DNA of 63,999 nt, filler included, from Stramenopiles sp. TOSAG23-3 (Eukaryota), in NCBI GenBank assembly GCA_900128585.1. It is 16 parts of 16 records of this genome, joined end to end, with 100 filler letters (N's around TTAATTAATTAA, not from the genome) between each part and the next. Parts side by side here need not be neighbours in the genome. Positions count along the whole stretch, not along the records: positions 52,325 to 56,220 come from LT644030.1; positions 56,321 to 60,215 come from LT644031.1; positions 60,316 to 63,999 come from LT644120.1; 13 more parts are not named here. One strand, 5' to 3'. The stretch's first letter is position 1, and every line of letters starts with the position of its first letter. Shown one piece after another: positions 54,131-63,999 of this stretch. The position numbers were made by a program, and so were the translations under genes. Under the pieces are notes generated by a model. It saw only the letters and a program-made list of their open reading frames with translations. It was not told the origin of the DNA and ran no database searches.

Positions 54131-54643
54131 TCAGAATGAAAACATCCTCTCCCTCATCATTGTAGGCAGTCGGATCGTCATATCGTTCTTGTGAAGAACA
54201 GAAATGCTGCACCGACGACGCACAGTTTCTTTGTAAGCCGTCTGGAGTCTTCGGTAAAAATCAGACACGTCTGCAGGCTTAGGATTCAGCGTGCTTACGT
54301 CCAATCCCCAGTCTAACTTGGTCCGTTTCTTCCACAAGTCGTCACTTCTAAACTTGCCCCACCGCCGTGAAACGAGGGGAATCGCCAAAAATGTTTCTTT
54401 GGTTACAAATTGCAGTAAGTATGCGAGCAAAAAATCATCCTTTTCAACCCTCGCAGCCGGGTCCTTCGTGCGGGACGACTCCTTCAACAGCCGACGCTCG
54501 TGAAGGACTTTGTGAAGCGCTGCCCAGCCAGGGTGAGGTATGATCGATGACATCGGGCAGTTGTGTTCGGAGGGACGCACACAAGAGTCACTTTCACACG
54601 ATGTATTCGACATTTCCAGAAGATCGTATCTATTAATTTCCAT
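54131..54643 (-). CDS. F-box-like protein
   Basis: DDFLLAYLLQFV..FLAIPLVSRRW...SDDLWK fits the F-box pattern. Confidence 0.6.
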   Translation of the reverse strand: MEINRYDLLEMSNTSCESDSCVRPSEHNCPMSSIIPHPGWAALHKVLHERRLLKESSRTKDPAARVEKDDFLLAYLLQFVTKETFLAIPLVSRRWGKFRSDDLWKKRTKLDWGLDVSTLNPKPADVSDFYRRLQTAYKETVRRRCSISVLHKNDMTIRLPTMMRERMFSF

Positions 54644-55384
54644 GCATGCTTCTACTCTACATTATGGCTTCAGTTCATTTCATGTGTTATCTGTATATTG
54701 AAGCTACATGTTGCATTTACTTACTACTATATACAACAAAACAAAAAATAAATAAAATCACATCAACAACATCACAGTGTGTTGTATTTAATATTATATT
54801 ATTATTAGGACGACTATTATTTAAATTATTTTTTTATTTATAACAAAAATAAATATTATTATACGAAGGTATTAATAATACTACAGAGCAAGACGGAAAA
54901 ATAATTTCTTCATCTCTTTCTTAAAAATAATTAATAGAGAATATAATTATTAATATTTAAAAAATATGAATAATAATAACCGCTCCTCCTCCCTCCTCCC
55001 CCCCCGCTGCGCCGCTGCGAATATTATTAATACAATATGGGTACAGGTACCAGGTACCGAACATGGAACGTGCGACGTGCGACAGGTTAAAACCTGTTTT
55101 TAAAAAAATATTATAGACACTGTATAATGTACATACTATGAGGATAATAAGTATATAATAATAGTTTACGACAAAATATTAAATATATTATACATATAAA
55201 TAGCATCTTAAAATAATTATTTTATTAAGATCAAGATTTTTATTTTTTATTTTCCTTTCTATGTTGTCGTAGTCGGATGATAGTGATTTCGTTATTTAAC
55301 TTGAGGGAGTTTTGGATCGATCTTCAAATTTATTAAGGTGTATCTTACTATTAAACTATGAAGCCCGACATTTTTCTATGTTCG

Positions 55385-56220
55385 TCACATTTTCACATTC
55401 ATCATCAACGTCCCGAACAGGAGAGACAGAAGCACATACACAGACGGCCCGTCTTGGTGCGCTTTGCTGTAGCAGCCATTGTTTGGTTTGGACGTATCTT
55501 TTACCATGTTCACTGCTCGATTTGATGAGCTCAAGCTCTTGCAACATTCTTCCGCAGTGTCCGCTTGCTTGCACCTCGATTTAGAACAGGCACGGAAGAG
55601 GCGGTCGCACCAATCTGGGCACACGTTCATATGAATCTCTTCGCCTTTCACGTAGTTGATATAATCACCCGCTCGGCCGCTATGCGTGGCGCAAGAAAAT
55701 AGACCCAACATTGTATCGCAGGGGTCTGTGTCATTGGAATCGAAAGGGGGAATGTATTGGCCAACCGTAACATCTGACATTGAGGTCGCGCCAAAGTTTG
55801 TATAGTTGAACGGGTACTTGACACAAGTTCCGAGCTTTTGCCACCTCCTCCAGCCGCATTCTTTCAACTCCACCCCCTTGGCAGGTTTCGCACGAAATAA
55901 AGATGCAGCAGCACCACCATGCTTCCCCGTCAATGTCAGGTTCACGATTGGGCAGGACCCCTCTACTTCGGAATAATCGTTAATGAAAAAAGTAGGGACA
56001 CTTGCGGCGATGGCGATTACGAATGCAAGGAAGGCGTACACGGCTGGCCCACAAGAGCGTTGTGTAGCGCCAGGGGCAGAGACGAGCGGGGTAACTGCAT
56101 CGGTTTCCTTGACCCGGAACGCCAAGCACTTTGATGCTTCTACAAGCAACCCTACAACTCGAAGGACCATTATCGGTACAAATACAACCATTTCTGCAAC
56201 TGCTAAATAACTGTCATCAC
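55385..56220 (-). CDS. Membrane protein with a folate-receptor-like Cys-rich domain, 5' partial
   Basis: TM segments, then CDTMLGLFSCAT..VCPDWCDRLFRACS, and a hydrophobic C-terminus. Confidence 0.55.
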
Positions 56221-56587
56221 NNNNNNNNNNNNNNNNNNNNNNNNNNNNNNNNNNNNNNNNNNNNTTAATTAATTAANNNNNNNNNNNNNNNNNNNNNNNN
56301 NNNNNNNNNNNNNNNNNNNNGACATTTTTAATATCCTCGTTTGTCGTCGTCCTCCTCCCTCTTCTTCTTATTTATTATTATTATTATTTTTTTATTAATA
56401 ATTATTATTATTTAAATTGATTATGGCCTTCTTTCTTTCGACGAGAATATATAAAATAAATGCTAAAATTTATAAGTAGAAATAAGTTCAGAGCACTTGT
56501 ATATTTCATTTTATCGCTAAAAAGTGATTTCGTGCAGATAAACGTCCTTCTCCGGTGTCTTGTGAGTGTCCTCCGTGTCCGAAAAGT

Positions 56588-57223
56588 ATGTCGACACCAG
56601 TTCTCCCGTACGTTCAGGACGACGCCCAAGCTATCAAAGCCATCTTGGCCTCTATGGGTGTTGCTAGCTATGAGGCAAGTGTTATTCCCCAGCTGCTGGC
56701 GTTTAAAAAGATCTACACCACCAACATCATAAAGCGAGCGCAAAAGATCGCAATGCATGCAAACCCGCATGGCAGTACCATGATTAAGCCCAGTGACGTA
56801 AGCCTTGCTATAAAGAGTGGGGGAAACGCGAGGCGTGCGGACGCAGGTACCCACGGTGCCCTGCTAGAAACCGCCCAAATTGTAAATCGAAAACCTATAG
56901 AAAGGATCTCACAAACGTTTGGGCTGATAATACCGAAAAACGCCCCTGCGGCCGTATGCCCTCTAAACGAGAACTATATCGTTACTGTAAATGAGCCATT
57001 GGACCCGACGACGAACGCGGAGAAAAGTGCAACGTCCAAGGTGTCTGCGGACGACTCGAACGGGGACGCGGTAGAGAACGGTGACTCTAGTGGAGACTCT
57101 GCTGTAGACGTCACCATTGCCAGCTCCAGTAGATCGAGGCGTGATGGTAGCAACAGTAGGAAAAGATCGGCGCCGGACGACAGTGTGATCGATGCGTTCG
57201 AAACGAAGAAGCAGCGCACGTGA
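56588..57223 (+). CDS. TAF9: TFIID subunit 9 (histone fold)
   Basis: DAQAIKAILASMGVASYEASVIPQLLAF..YTTNII..A..HA, DVSLAI, LLETAQIVNRKPI and LNENY. Confidence 0.88.
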   Translation: MSTPVLPYVQDDAQAIKAILASMGVASYEASVIPQLLAFKKIYTTNIIKRAQKIAMHANPHGSTMIKPSDVSLAIKSGGNARRADAGTHGALLETAQIVNRKPIERISQTFGLIIPKNAPAAVCPLNENYIVTVNEPLDPTTNAEKSATSKVSADDSNGDAVENGDSSGDSAVDVTIASSSRSRRDGSNSRKRSAPDDSVIDAFETKKQRT

Positions 57224-57500
57224 TTGCGCTTTGGCTTGTTTTGTCCGTGCCTTGAGCAAGTGCGTTGAATTTTTTTTTAATTCAACAGAGTAGTACTCAA
57301 ATAAAACACACAAAAAAAACAAAAGTAAAAATTACGAAGTACTGGTAAAAAGTAAGAAAATAATCCTAAAAATTGTCTGTATTCATGGCGTAAATGCGTA
57401 ATAATGCGTTCGTACTTGCTGTGTAATTTTCAAAGCAGATATTTTACAACTGTCATGGAACTGGCACAGTGACTCCCACAAGGTCAATGCGGCAACCCCC

Positions 57501-59795
57501 TTATTTGCGCACCATGTTGTATTTTTTTGATATTCTACCGAACGTGACGGCGAGGACATCCGGGAAGTGGTCCGCGGCCATGCGAGGCCCTACTATTATT
57601 TCTTGGAACTCCTTGGTATTGTCTTCGACCCAGTTCAATTCGTACTCTCGGTTCGGGTCGCAGCAAAGTGCGTTTAAGCAAGCACATCTGCGGGACATGC
57701 ACGACGTGGCCTCGGAGAGTTGGGTCGCATGGATAAGTTTTCCACCGTGGTAAAACGGTCGCACGGGTACTGGGAGGTCCCCCGCCGAACCTGCGTCGGT
57801 CGGCGCGTCGCCCGCTGCCGTCGGCAAGGCCTTTTCAATTGGGATATAACACCCGCAGGCCCCTGCCGACAGGGCTTTGTACTTCTTTACGTTCGAGAGC
57901 TTCAGCAACTCCACGACTCTGTTCCTGAATTGCCACACGTTCCGGGGACTGAGACGAGCTACAAGATCGATGCCCACCGTTATTCCGACCTGGTGCGAAG
58001 CAGTCTGAGCTATGAGCCCCTCGCTCAGCACTGGGACGGACGAATAGCAAAGGGTCTGAATGTCAGGGATTTGGCTCTTTAACATCAGGGAGGATATGCA
58101 TGCGACGCCCGCCCCGAGAGAGTGTCCGCAGAAAACGTAGGAGTATTCCTTGGCTTTGTCTGGGATGGAGTTGTCCCCAGGCACCGACACCCCGTCCGCC
58201 AGGTGGGTTGGCGACGTTACTCCAGGGAGAAGCCCCCGCTTGCGCAGGGTACTGATGGACGCAACGGCAGTGTCGAACATTCCCTTGTGGCAGGACTGCC
58301 CAACGCCGTCAAAACCCCACGCTTTGCCGACATCGTCCAATGGCATCTCTTCTGCGACAACATCAGTGATGCAATCGTCCAGCGATATGGTTCCTCGAAA
58401 GGCAACCACAATTTTCTTCTTTTCATGATCGAGCAAGACCGCAAAGGGCGAATGAAGAACGGTGTCCTTGAACGAAATGTACAATACGTCCTCGTCCCTG
58501 ACCTTGCTCTCCTTTTTGAACGCTGCATACTGAAGCCCGTAACGATAGATGCAGTTAGAGCACGACTTCGATACGCATGAGCTCGGGCGTACGAACTTGC
58601 TCCCCTGCGCGCAGCAGCACAGCGCGTTTGAACAGCACAGCAGGTTGCACCCGCCGCACGTTGCCAGACGCTTGTACGTGAAGAGCAGGTCGCCGTAAAT
58701 GCCCAGAGCGTACTTGTAATAGTACAGCAAGTCTTCCAGGACATGCCTGTCGTTGGCTTCGTCGAACGTTACCGCCCTGCTCTTCAGCTGAAAATGATAC
58801 TTTCGCTTCGTTTGCCGCTCTATCGCTCTCACCTTCTTCACCTTCTCGTGGTCACGAAAGCTCGTCTCGGCTGCTCCCGAATGCAGGAGTTGCTCGGCGC
58901 CGGTTGCCTCCCTGATTTCCTTGTCGAGATCGACCCCGTCCTTCGCGTTACCATTCTCGCCCGAGCCCTTAAGCAGTTCCCCGATGATCTCGCGGTCTCG
59001 GCTTTCTTGCTCCAGGCTTATTAGCCACGCGCCCAGCGCGATGTCGTCCATGGTCAGGTCGACATCTTTGTATATGAGAGACAGCAATCGACCGATCACG
59101 TCGTACGCCGCCACTGCCCCCCCGGTATCGACAAAGCAGCCGCAAAACCATCGGCACTTCTTCGTGCAATACGTCTCAAGCTGTTCGTCTGGGGCGGTTC
59201 CATCGCGGACCGATACGCGGACTTCCCCAGCACCTGTCCCGTCCGTGCCGACGCTCTCGTGGGTCGGGTAAGATGTACCAGGCGGAAGCCTTCGGTGGCA
59301 TACGCACAGCAAAATGTTAAAGTACACGAAGTAAGCACAGAGCAGCGTCTGGATCACGATCGCTGCCTCGAAGACCACGAGCGACGGCTGTCCAATTGCA
59401 GCGCAGGGAGCCGACGACGGCACAATCGTGGCAAACCAAATTAAACCGACGACGTTGCAGGCAATAGTCAACGCACCGAGCAGAGACTTCAGTACCAGAA
59501 GGCACGGAACGCTCCGTCTCTGTTCGGTTTCCCTCGGGAGGCCTTTTTGGGAGTGAAAAATCAACAGCGCAGACACGAACCACCAGGAAATAGTCAACAG
59601 AAGAAAGGACACGACGAAGAGGACACCACCTTGCCCGCAGCTCTGCAAGGTTTCAAACCCTGCACTATCTGCTGCAACAGCAACAATGCCAAGAATCAAC
59701 AGCACCAAACCGCACATGTTATCAGCCGCAGAAAAAAAGACGCAAAAATCTGTAGAGAAGCCGAAGCGGGTGTTGCAAACGTTTGTTGTCGGCAT
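57501..59795 (-). CDS. sn1-specific diacylglycerol lipase (DAGL-like; 4 TM + class 3 lipase)
   Basis: Four N-terminal TMs, DLTMDDIALG, PFAVLLDHEKKKIVVAFRGTISLDDCITD, HKGM, GHSLGAG, DLVARLS and MAADHFPD. Confidence 0.9.
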   Translation of the reverse strand: MPTTNVCNTRFGFSTDFCVFFSAADNMCGLVLLILGIVAVAADSAGFETLQSCGQGGVLFVVSFLLLTISWWFVSALLIFHSQKGLPRETEQRRSVPCLLVLKSLLGALTIACNVVGLIWFATIVPSSAPCAAIGQPSLVVFEAAIVIQTLLCAYFVYFNILLCVCHRRLPPGTSYPTHESVGTDGTGAGEVRVSVRDGTAPDEQLETYCTKKCRWFCGCFVDTGGAVAAYDVIGRLLSLIYKDVDLTMDDIALGAWLISLEQESRDREIIGELLKGSGENGNAKDGVDLDKEIREATGAEQLLHSGAAETSFRDHEKVKKVRAIERQTKRKYHFQLKSRAVTFDEANDRHVLEDLLYYYKYALGIYGDLLFTYKRLATCGGCNLLCCSNALCCCAQGSKFVRPSSCVSKSCSNCIYRYGLQYAAFKKESKVRDEDVLYISFKDTVLHSPFAVLLDHEKKKIVVAFRGTISLDDCITDVVAEEMPLDDVGKAWGFDGVGQSCHKGMFDTAVASISTLRKRGLLPGVTSPTHLADGVSVPGDNSIPDKAKEYSYVFCGHSLGAGVACISSLMLKSQIPDIQTLCYSSVPVLSEGLIAQTASHQVGITVGIDLVARLSPRNVWQFRNRVVELLKLSNVKKYKALSAGACGCYIPIEKALPTAAGDAPTDAGSAGDLPVPVRPFYHGGKLIHATQLSEATSCMSRRCACLNALCCDPNREYELNWVEDNTKEFQEIIVGPRMAADHFPDVLAVTFGRISKKYNMVRK

Positions 59796-60315
59796 CTTCG
59801 GAAGACAACCGCTCAATCACGCAGGTGCTAAGACAGTTACAATGTTCACGCAGTTGAGGTCTTGGAGTATAAGCGTTCGAAATAAGTGAAACGATAACAC
59901 TATAGATCCATTTTGCTTTCTTTTGTTTCCGGAAAACTCTTGTGTGAACATCATACTCTCAAACTCGTAACGTAATTCGGATTCGTAAAAAATGTGTGGA
60001 AGCTCATTGTGTTGTTTTAACATGATCACACCATATAAAATCATAAATTAAAATTTACAAAAAGGAAAATCTTTTTTTTCCCTTTTTTTCTTTTTTTTCA
60101 CAGACAACCACCCAGTCTATTCAATGTACTTTGGACCATTTTTGTTAAAAAATAAAAGGACGACCGTCGTTGGTTTTTTTTAAGTAAAAGGCCATGATAG
60201 ACAGATGTTCTACAANNNNNNNNNNNNNNNNNNNNNNNNNNNNNNNNNNNNNNNNNNNNTTAATTAATTAANNNNNNNNNNNNNNNNNNNNNNNNNNNNN
60301 NNNNNNNNNNNNNNN

Positions 60316-60790
60316 ACTCATCAGAGTCACTTGGAGAATCAATCATCCCTTTATTGCCAGAACTCGAATAGCGGCTGGACTTGTGTTGTGATTGCCTGGA
60401 TCCGTACGACTCTTTTGGTGTGTTGGGGGGGGGGTAGGTTATCAGCGTCTCTGGAGTTGGGTCCAAATTCTGGAAAGCCCAGCCGGTGAAGCACTCGGTT
60501 ACACTTAGCGGAGGTAGCTGGAGAATCCCTTTCCACATCATTCCCGGAGTTCAAACAGTGGCTAATTTGTTATGGTTGCCTGGCTCTGGCTGTTATATAT
60601 ATATATTATTTACAACACAAATTGGCTTTTATTTTTTAAAATAAATTAAAATTTAGCCTATTCATATTATTAATATTATATAAATATAGATTTGAGTAAA
60701 TTAAATTTATCTTCATGTACCGCGAAAATGAATCTGCTCCTTTTGTCCATTATCGGTTTACGTTCCTTCATGTACTGCGAACAAATCTTT
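60316..60790 (-). repeat. Second copy of the contig-1 cassette: 61-codon-repeat homolog + motif copy H + upstream block
   Basis: 60316-60480 aligns with 2996-3157. A degenerate motif is at 60612-60657. CATGTACCGCGAAAATGAATCTGCTCCTTTTGTCCAT at 60714-60750 is identical to 3910-3946. Confidence 0.85.
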
Positions 60791-61009
60791 TAATTATCAT
60801 ATTCTTTAAAAAGTTTAAATTAAAAATTTATTGCGACACATTTAAAGTTTATGCCCTCCACAAATCACTTCAACTTAACCAGTGCCAGATGTCCTTAACT
60901 CGGAAACAACAAGCGCACACCCACTGTTGGAAATTATATCTTAACATGTACAAAAATATTTGTAATCTCCGATTTGTCAACAACGACTAGACACACAAAA
61001 AACGCTACA

Positions 61010-61921
61010 TTACCCTGAAAAATCCTGCAAGATGATGTACAAAAAGTTATCCGCGTGGCCCAGGGCGTTGCATAGCGGCAAGACAGGTTCATCTAGGGAA
61101 ACCTCAATCCCTTGAACGACGACCCGTCTGTCCGTTGCATTCAACGCGTTAGGGTATATGGTGACGATGGCGTCTTCTACAGTATGTAGCTCTGCTTCGC
61201 CCTCGTTCGCCCCTTCCGTCATCGCCCGAAAGGGACTGATCGGATGTTGGTACAGCACGAACGACCGGTCTTTTCTATTCGACACAATCAGCCGCACGGG
61301 CAACCGCTTCACTTCACTATTTTCTCCCCCCTTTATCAGTTTCTCGTTGATACGCCAGAACAGTTCGCTATTGTTTGTCTGCACTGCATTCCACAGTTGC
61401 TCTTGGTCGTCTTTCGGCAAGTCCAAAACGTGTTTGGACGATTTGAAACGAACGTAAACGGCCTGCTTCAGTTCCATCATAAAATTCAACCTTGCCGCTT
61501 CTAGGTTGTCGAACCGCACTAATTGGTCCTCTGGGAATGCCTGAAAATGCACAATAACTTTCCAAGGCAGCTTGTCCGTTTCAAAGTTCCCCGTCGCATC
61601 AAACAGCACCCCTACTGGGAGGTGCCACCTCAACGGTTGCCCTTTGCTCTCAAACCATACGTTTCGAAACATGACCCGTGAAGGGTCCTCGCCGGAGTCT
61701 TGCTTTCCCAACATTGGCGGGGCATATTTTTCCCGAAAATGCTCAACCACATCTACCGCAAGTAGCGGCAAGTACGACATACGGGGGACCAACTTCAGCG
61801 CGGGCTCTGGAGGTTTCATAGTCGTGACCTCGTTGTACGCAAGTTCAAAGATAACCGGTATCCGTCCTTCCCATACGTTTTGAAAGAAACCATCCTTCGC
61901 CGTTGGTGTCGCCGTCGACAT
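61010..61921 (-). CDS. ATG5: Autophagy protein 5
   Basis: VWEGRIPV, VPRMSYLPL, WFESKGQPLRWHLPVGVLFD, LPWKVIVHF, FMMELKQA and HADNFLYI. Confidence 0.95.
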   Translation of the reverse strand: MSTATPTAKDGFFQNVWEGRIPVIFELAYNEVTTMKPPEPALKLVPRMSYLPLLAVDVVEHFREKYAPPMLGKQDSGEDPSRVMFRNVWFESKGQPLRWHLPVGVLFDATGNFETDKLPWKVIVHFQAFPEDQLVRFDNLEAARLNFMMELKQAVYVRFKSSKHVLDLPKDDQEQLWNAVQTNNSELFWRINEKLIKGGENSEVKRLPVRLIVSNRKDRSFVLYQHPISPFRAMTEGANEGEAELHTVEDAIVTIYPNALNATDRRVVVQGIEVSLDEPVLPLCNALGHADNFLYIILQDFSG

Positions 61922-62589
61922 GGTTCAGACTATGTAATATCTATCAACGATACCAGACTAAGCAACAACCAAGGAGGGTGGTCTACCTCCAAATTCTAAA
62001 AATCCCGATGTTTGCCGTTATTTCTTTCGAAATGCATTCTGGATTCGGGATAATTATTAATTATATACAATAGTTAATATATTTTATTATACTACTTTTA
62101 TAAATTAATTATTATTAGAAGAAGAAGAGAGAGAACAAGATATTTTTTTATACCAGTATTAAAATATTAATAATAAGTAGTATTATTATGGTTTTCAATT
62201 TTCAATAATAATTTTTTTTCTTCTTCTACTTCGGCGGCGAATCTAAAAAAGCTCTATGATAATTAAGGAATATATATCATATATTATATATTTGTGAAAC
62301 AAACTAGTTTTATTACATTATTATTAATAACAATACTTTTATAATATAATTTGAGTCCTTAACTGGGCTTAAATGTTTTCATTGGATGGAATAAGGAAGG
62401 AAGGAAGGAAGCAGGAGGAGAACGAAGAATAATAATATAAAATATAATAATAATAAAATGAAAAAAATGTGTTTTTGTTGATTCTTCCAATTTGTAAATG
62501 ACGGGGAAACAAATATAAAGAAAGCAAAAACCAAAACAACGACAATAAAAACAGAAACGACATCGAAACCCAATCATTAAACGATAGTC

Positions 62590-63579
62590 CTATTCCACCG
62601 TTCCTTTGAGTTGAAAGTATTGAACCGCACCAGTAAACTCCCCCGACTGCGTCACAATGGCCTTCTCGTGACTTGCAGAAGATACCAACTCTTTCTTGCC
62701 CAGGTCCTTTCTACCGCTTGCTCTAGCACGATGCTGTTTGTATTGGACGGTATGCCCAGTGGTCGATTGCATCGTAACAACGAATTCGTTGAAGTTTAAC
62801 GTCGACCCACCGCTTTCCCTGGATTCATCCGCACATCGAACGGCACACACGACATTGTCTCCACCATCGAAGGAATTGATTTCCATGAACCAGTTTTCGT
62901 GGTTGTTGTCCCTGCTTCCCAAGTTGGTATGGGACGCCATCTGGTTCACGTGTGGGGCGACCTTTGCATATCCTTGGGCGCCACAGAATTCAGGATGGCC
63001 TACAACTAAAGAATAAACGCACGTCGATGTTTCGGAAACACTGATGATGTCCAACTTTTCAGCGCATGAGTATGACACGGTGGCCTGACGCTGGGGGCGC
63101 CCTGTCACGGCCGCGCAAACGTCCCCTCCCACGTACTTTTGTGAACGAGCAGTATCGGTGGCCAGCTTCTCCGGTGCTTTTCCTAGAAAGAACACGTCAC
63201 CTTTATGGGATTGTTTGACGGATTTCCCAATGCATACTTCGTACCTCCAAAACCCTTTGTTGGAACCACCGCATTGCCCATGTAGCTTCTCTAAAACGTC
63301 CTTGGTGGTCTTCTTTTTGTCCGTTTTCTTTCCCTCTGTACTAACAACCGGTGCCTCATGGACAATTTTCTTCGTCGCAGACGTCGCGAACTGGAACGAG
63401 CAAGATACCTCGACACCGTTCCGAACCGTTGTCTTCACGGTCTTTGTCGTGTGATCTTCTTTGCTTATAAAAAATGCGACGGCGTCCCCTACCTGCTGGC
63501 CTTCACCAGCAAACGTAAGAGGTAAACACACCAACAACACAATGGCAACGAATGCGTGCCTAAGCATTGTGCGTTTCAT
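62590..63579 (-). CDS. ER lectin-like protein with an MRH (OS-9/PRKCSH) domain and signal peptide
   Basis: Signal peptide, GFWRYEVCIGKSVKQSH, YVGGDVC and VSETSTCVYSL. Confidence 0.8.
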   Translation of the reverse strand: MKRTMLRHAFVAIVLLVCLPLTFAGEGQQVGDAVAFFISKEDHTTKTVKTTVRNGVEVSCSFQFATSATKKIVHEAPVVSTEGKKTDKKKTTKDVLEKLHGQCGGSNKGFWRYEVCIGKSVKQSHKGDVFFLGKAPEKLATDTARSQKYVGGDVCAAVTGRPQRQATVSYSCAEKLDIISVSETSTCVYSLVVGHPEFCGAQGYAKVAPHVNQMASHTNLGSRDNNHENWFMEINSFDGGDNVVCAVRCADESRESGGSTLNFNEFVVTMQSTTGHTVQYKQHRARASGRKDLGKKELVSSASHEKAIVTQSGEFTGAVQYFQLKGTVE

Positions 63580-63999
63580 ATATATGGTATCCAACTGCGT
63601 TTATATTATTTATCCCGCACAAGAACGACGCTTTTGAGATATACAATATAGAAGTACGAATTTGAAAGTGTGCGTGTTTTTAAATTGAAACGTACACTTT
63701 TGTGTTTCTTGCTTTGAAATGATGCAACAATGATGCTTTTTCAACAACGTTCTCTTTTAAGCTATCTATTTCTTTTCTCTATTCGTGTGATTTGATTTTG
63801 ATTTGTAGAGATTCGATATGATAAATGGTGGATTTCTGATTTCATAACAAACAAAAAAACAACAATCATCATTCATCAATCATCATCTCCTCCCATCCAT
63901 CCATCAACCTTGGTATTTATATATTAATAATGTAGATCTAATAAAAATTATTTAAATTTTATTATTTAATTAAAAAAAATAATCAAAAAAATAAAAAAA

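Noticed and set aside
40480-59795. FAAH-like plus DAGL-like genes as an endocannabinoid-type cluster
   Set aside because: They are on different, unlinked contigs, and both families are widespread in eukaryotes.
1-63999. tRNA, rRNA, Fanzor/TnpB, Cas or viral hallmark genes
   Set aside because: None were recognisable by eye. A covariance-model and HMM scan would be needed to exclude divergent ones.

Overview
This window is not one locus. It is 16 unlinked contigs of about 3.9 kb, sorted by decreasing length and joined by artificial 100-nt spacers (N44-TTAATTAATTAA-N44), so adjacency only means something within a contig. The source is a flagellated, intron-poor eukaryote: it has axonemal dynein heavy chains, an FSIP1-like protein, PRPF4, ATG5, TAF9, SLX1 and a PIG-L gene with a GT-AG intron. 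Coding regions are mostly GC-rich and intergenic DNA is very AT-rich. A protist MAG/SAG, possibly a stramenopile, is an inference. Beyond housekeeping genes there is an uninterrupted Ty3/gypsy pol and pogo/Tc5-like and GIY-YIG remnants. The most notable signal is a ~43-nt dispersed motif (GCTAAATTTTAATTACTTAAATAACAGCCAATTTTCTTGTTTTT) seen at least 8 times on 6 contigs. It has a fixed end, one copy sits inside an 11-bp target-site-like duplication, it favours gene 3' flanks, and it precedes a family of orphan or degenerate ORF cassettes. Other leads: (1) a convergent pair of a signal-anchored SET protein and a signal-peptide aminopropyltransferase, reminiscent of proposed long-chain polyamine machinery; (2) a SAP-like/SUMO-like/2OG-Fe(II) oxygenase fusion; (3) a secreted GSGSEE/poly-Lys repeat protein; (4) a contig with identical 79-bp ends. 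All protein calls come from motif recognition by eye; no searches were run.
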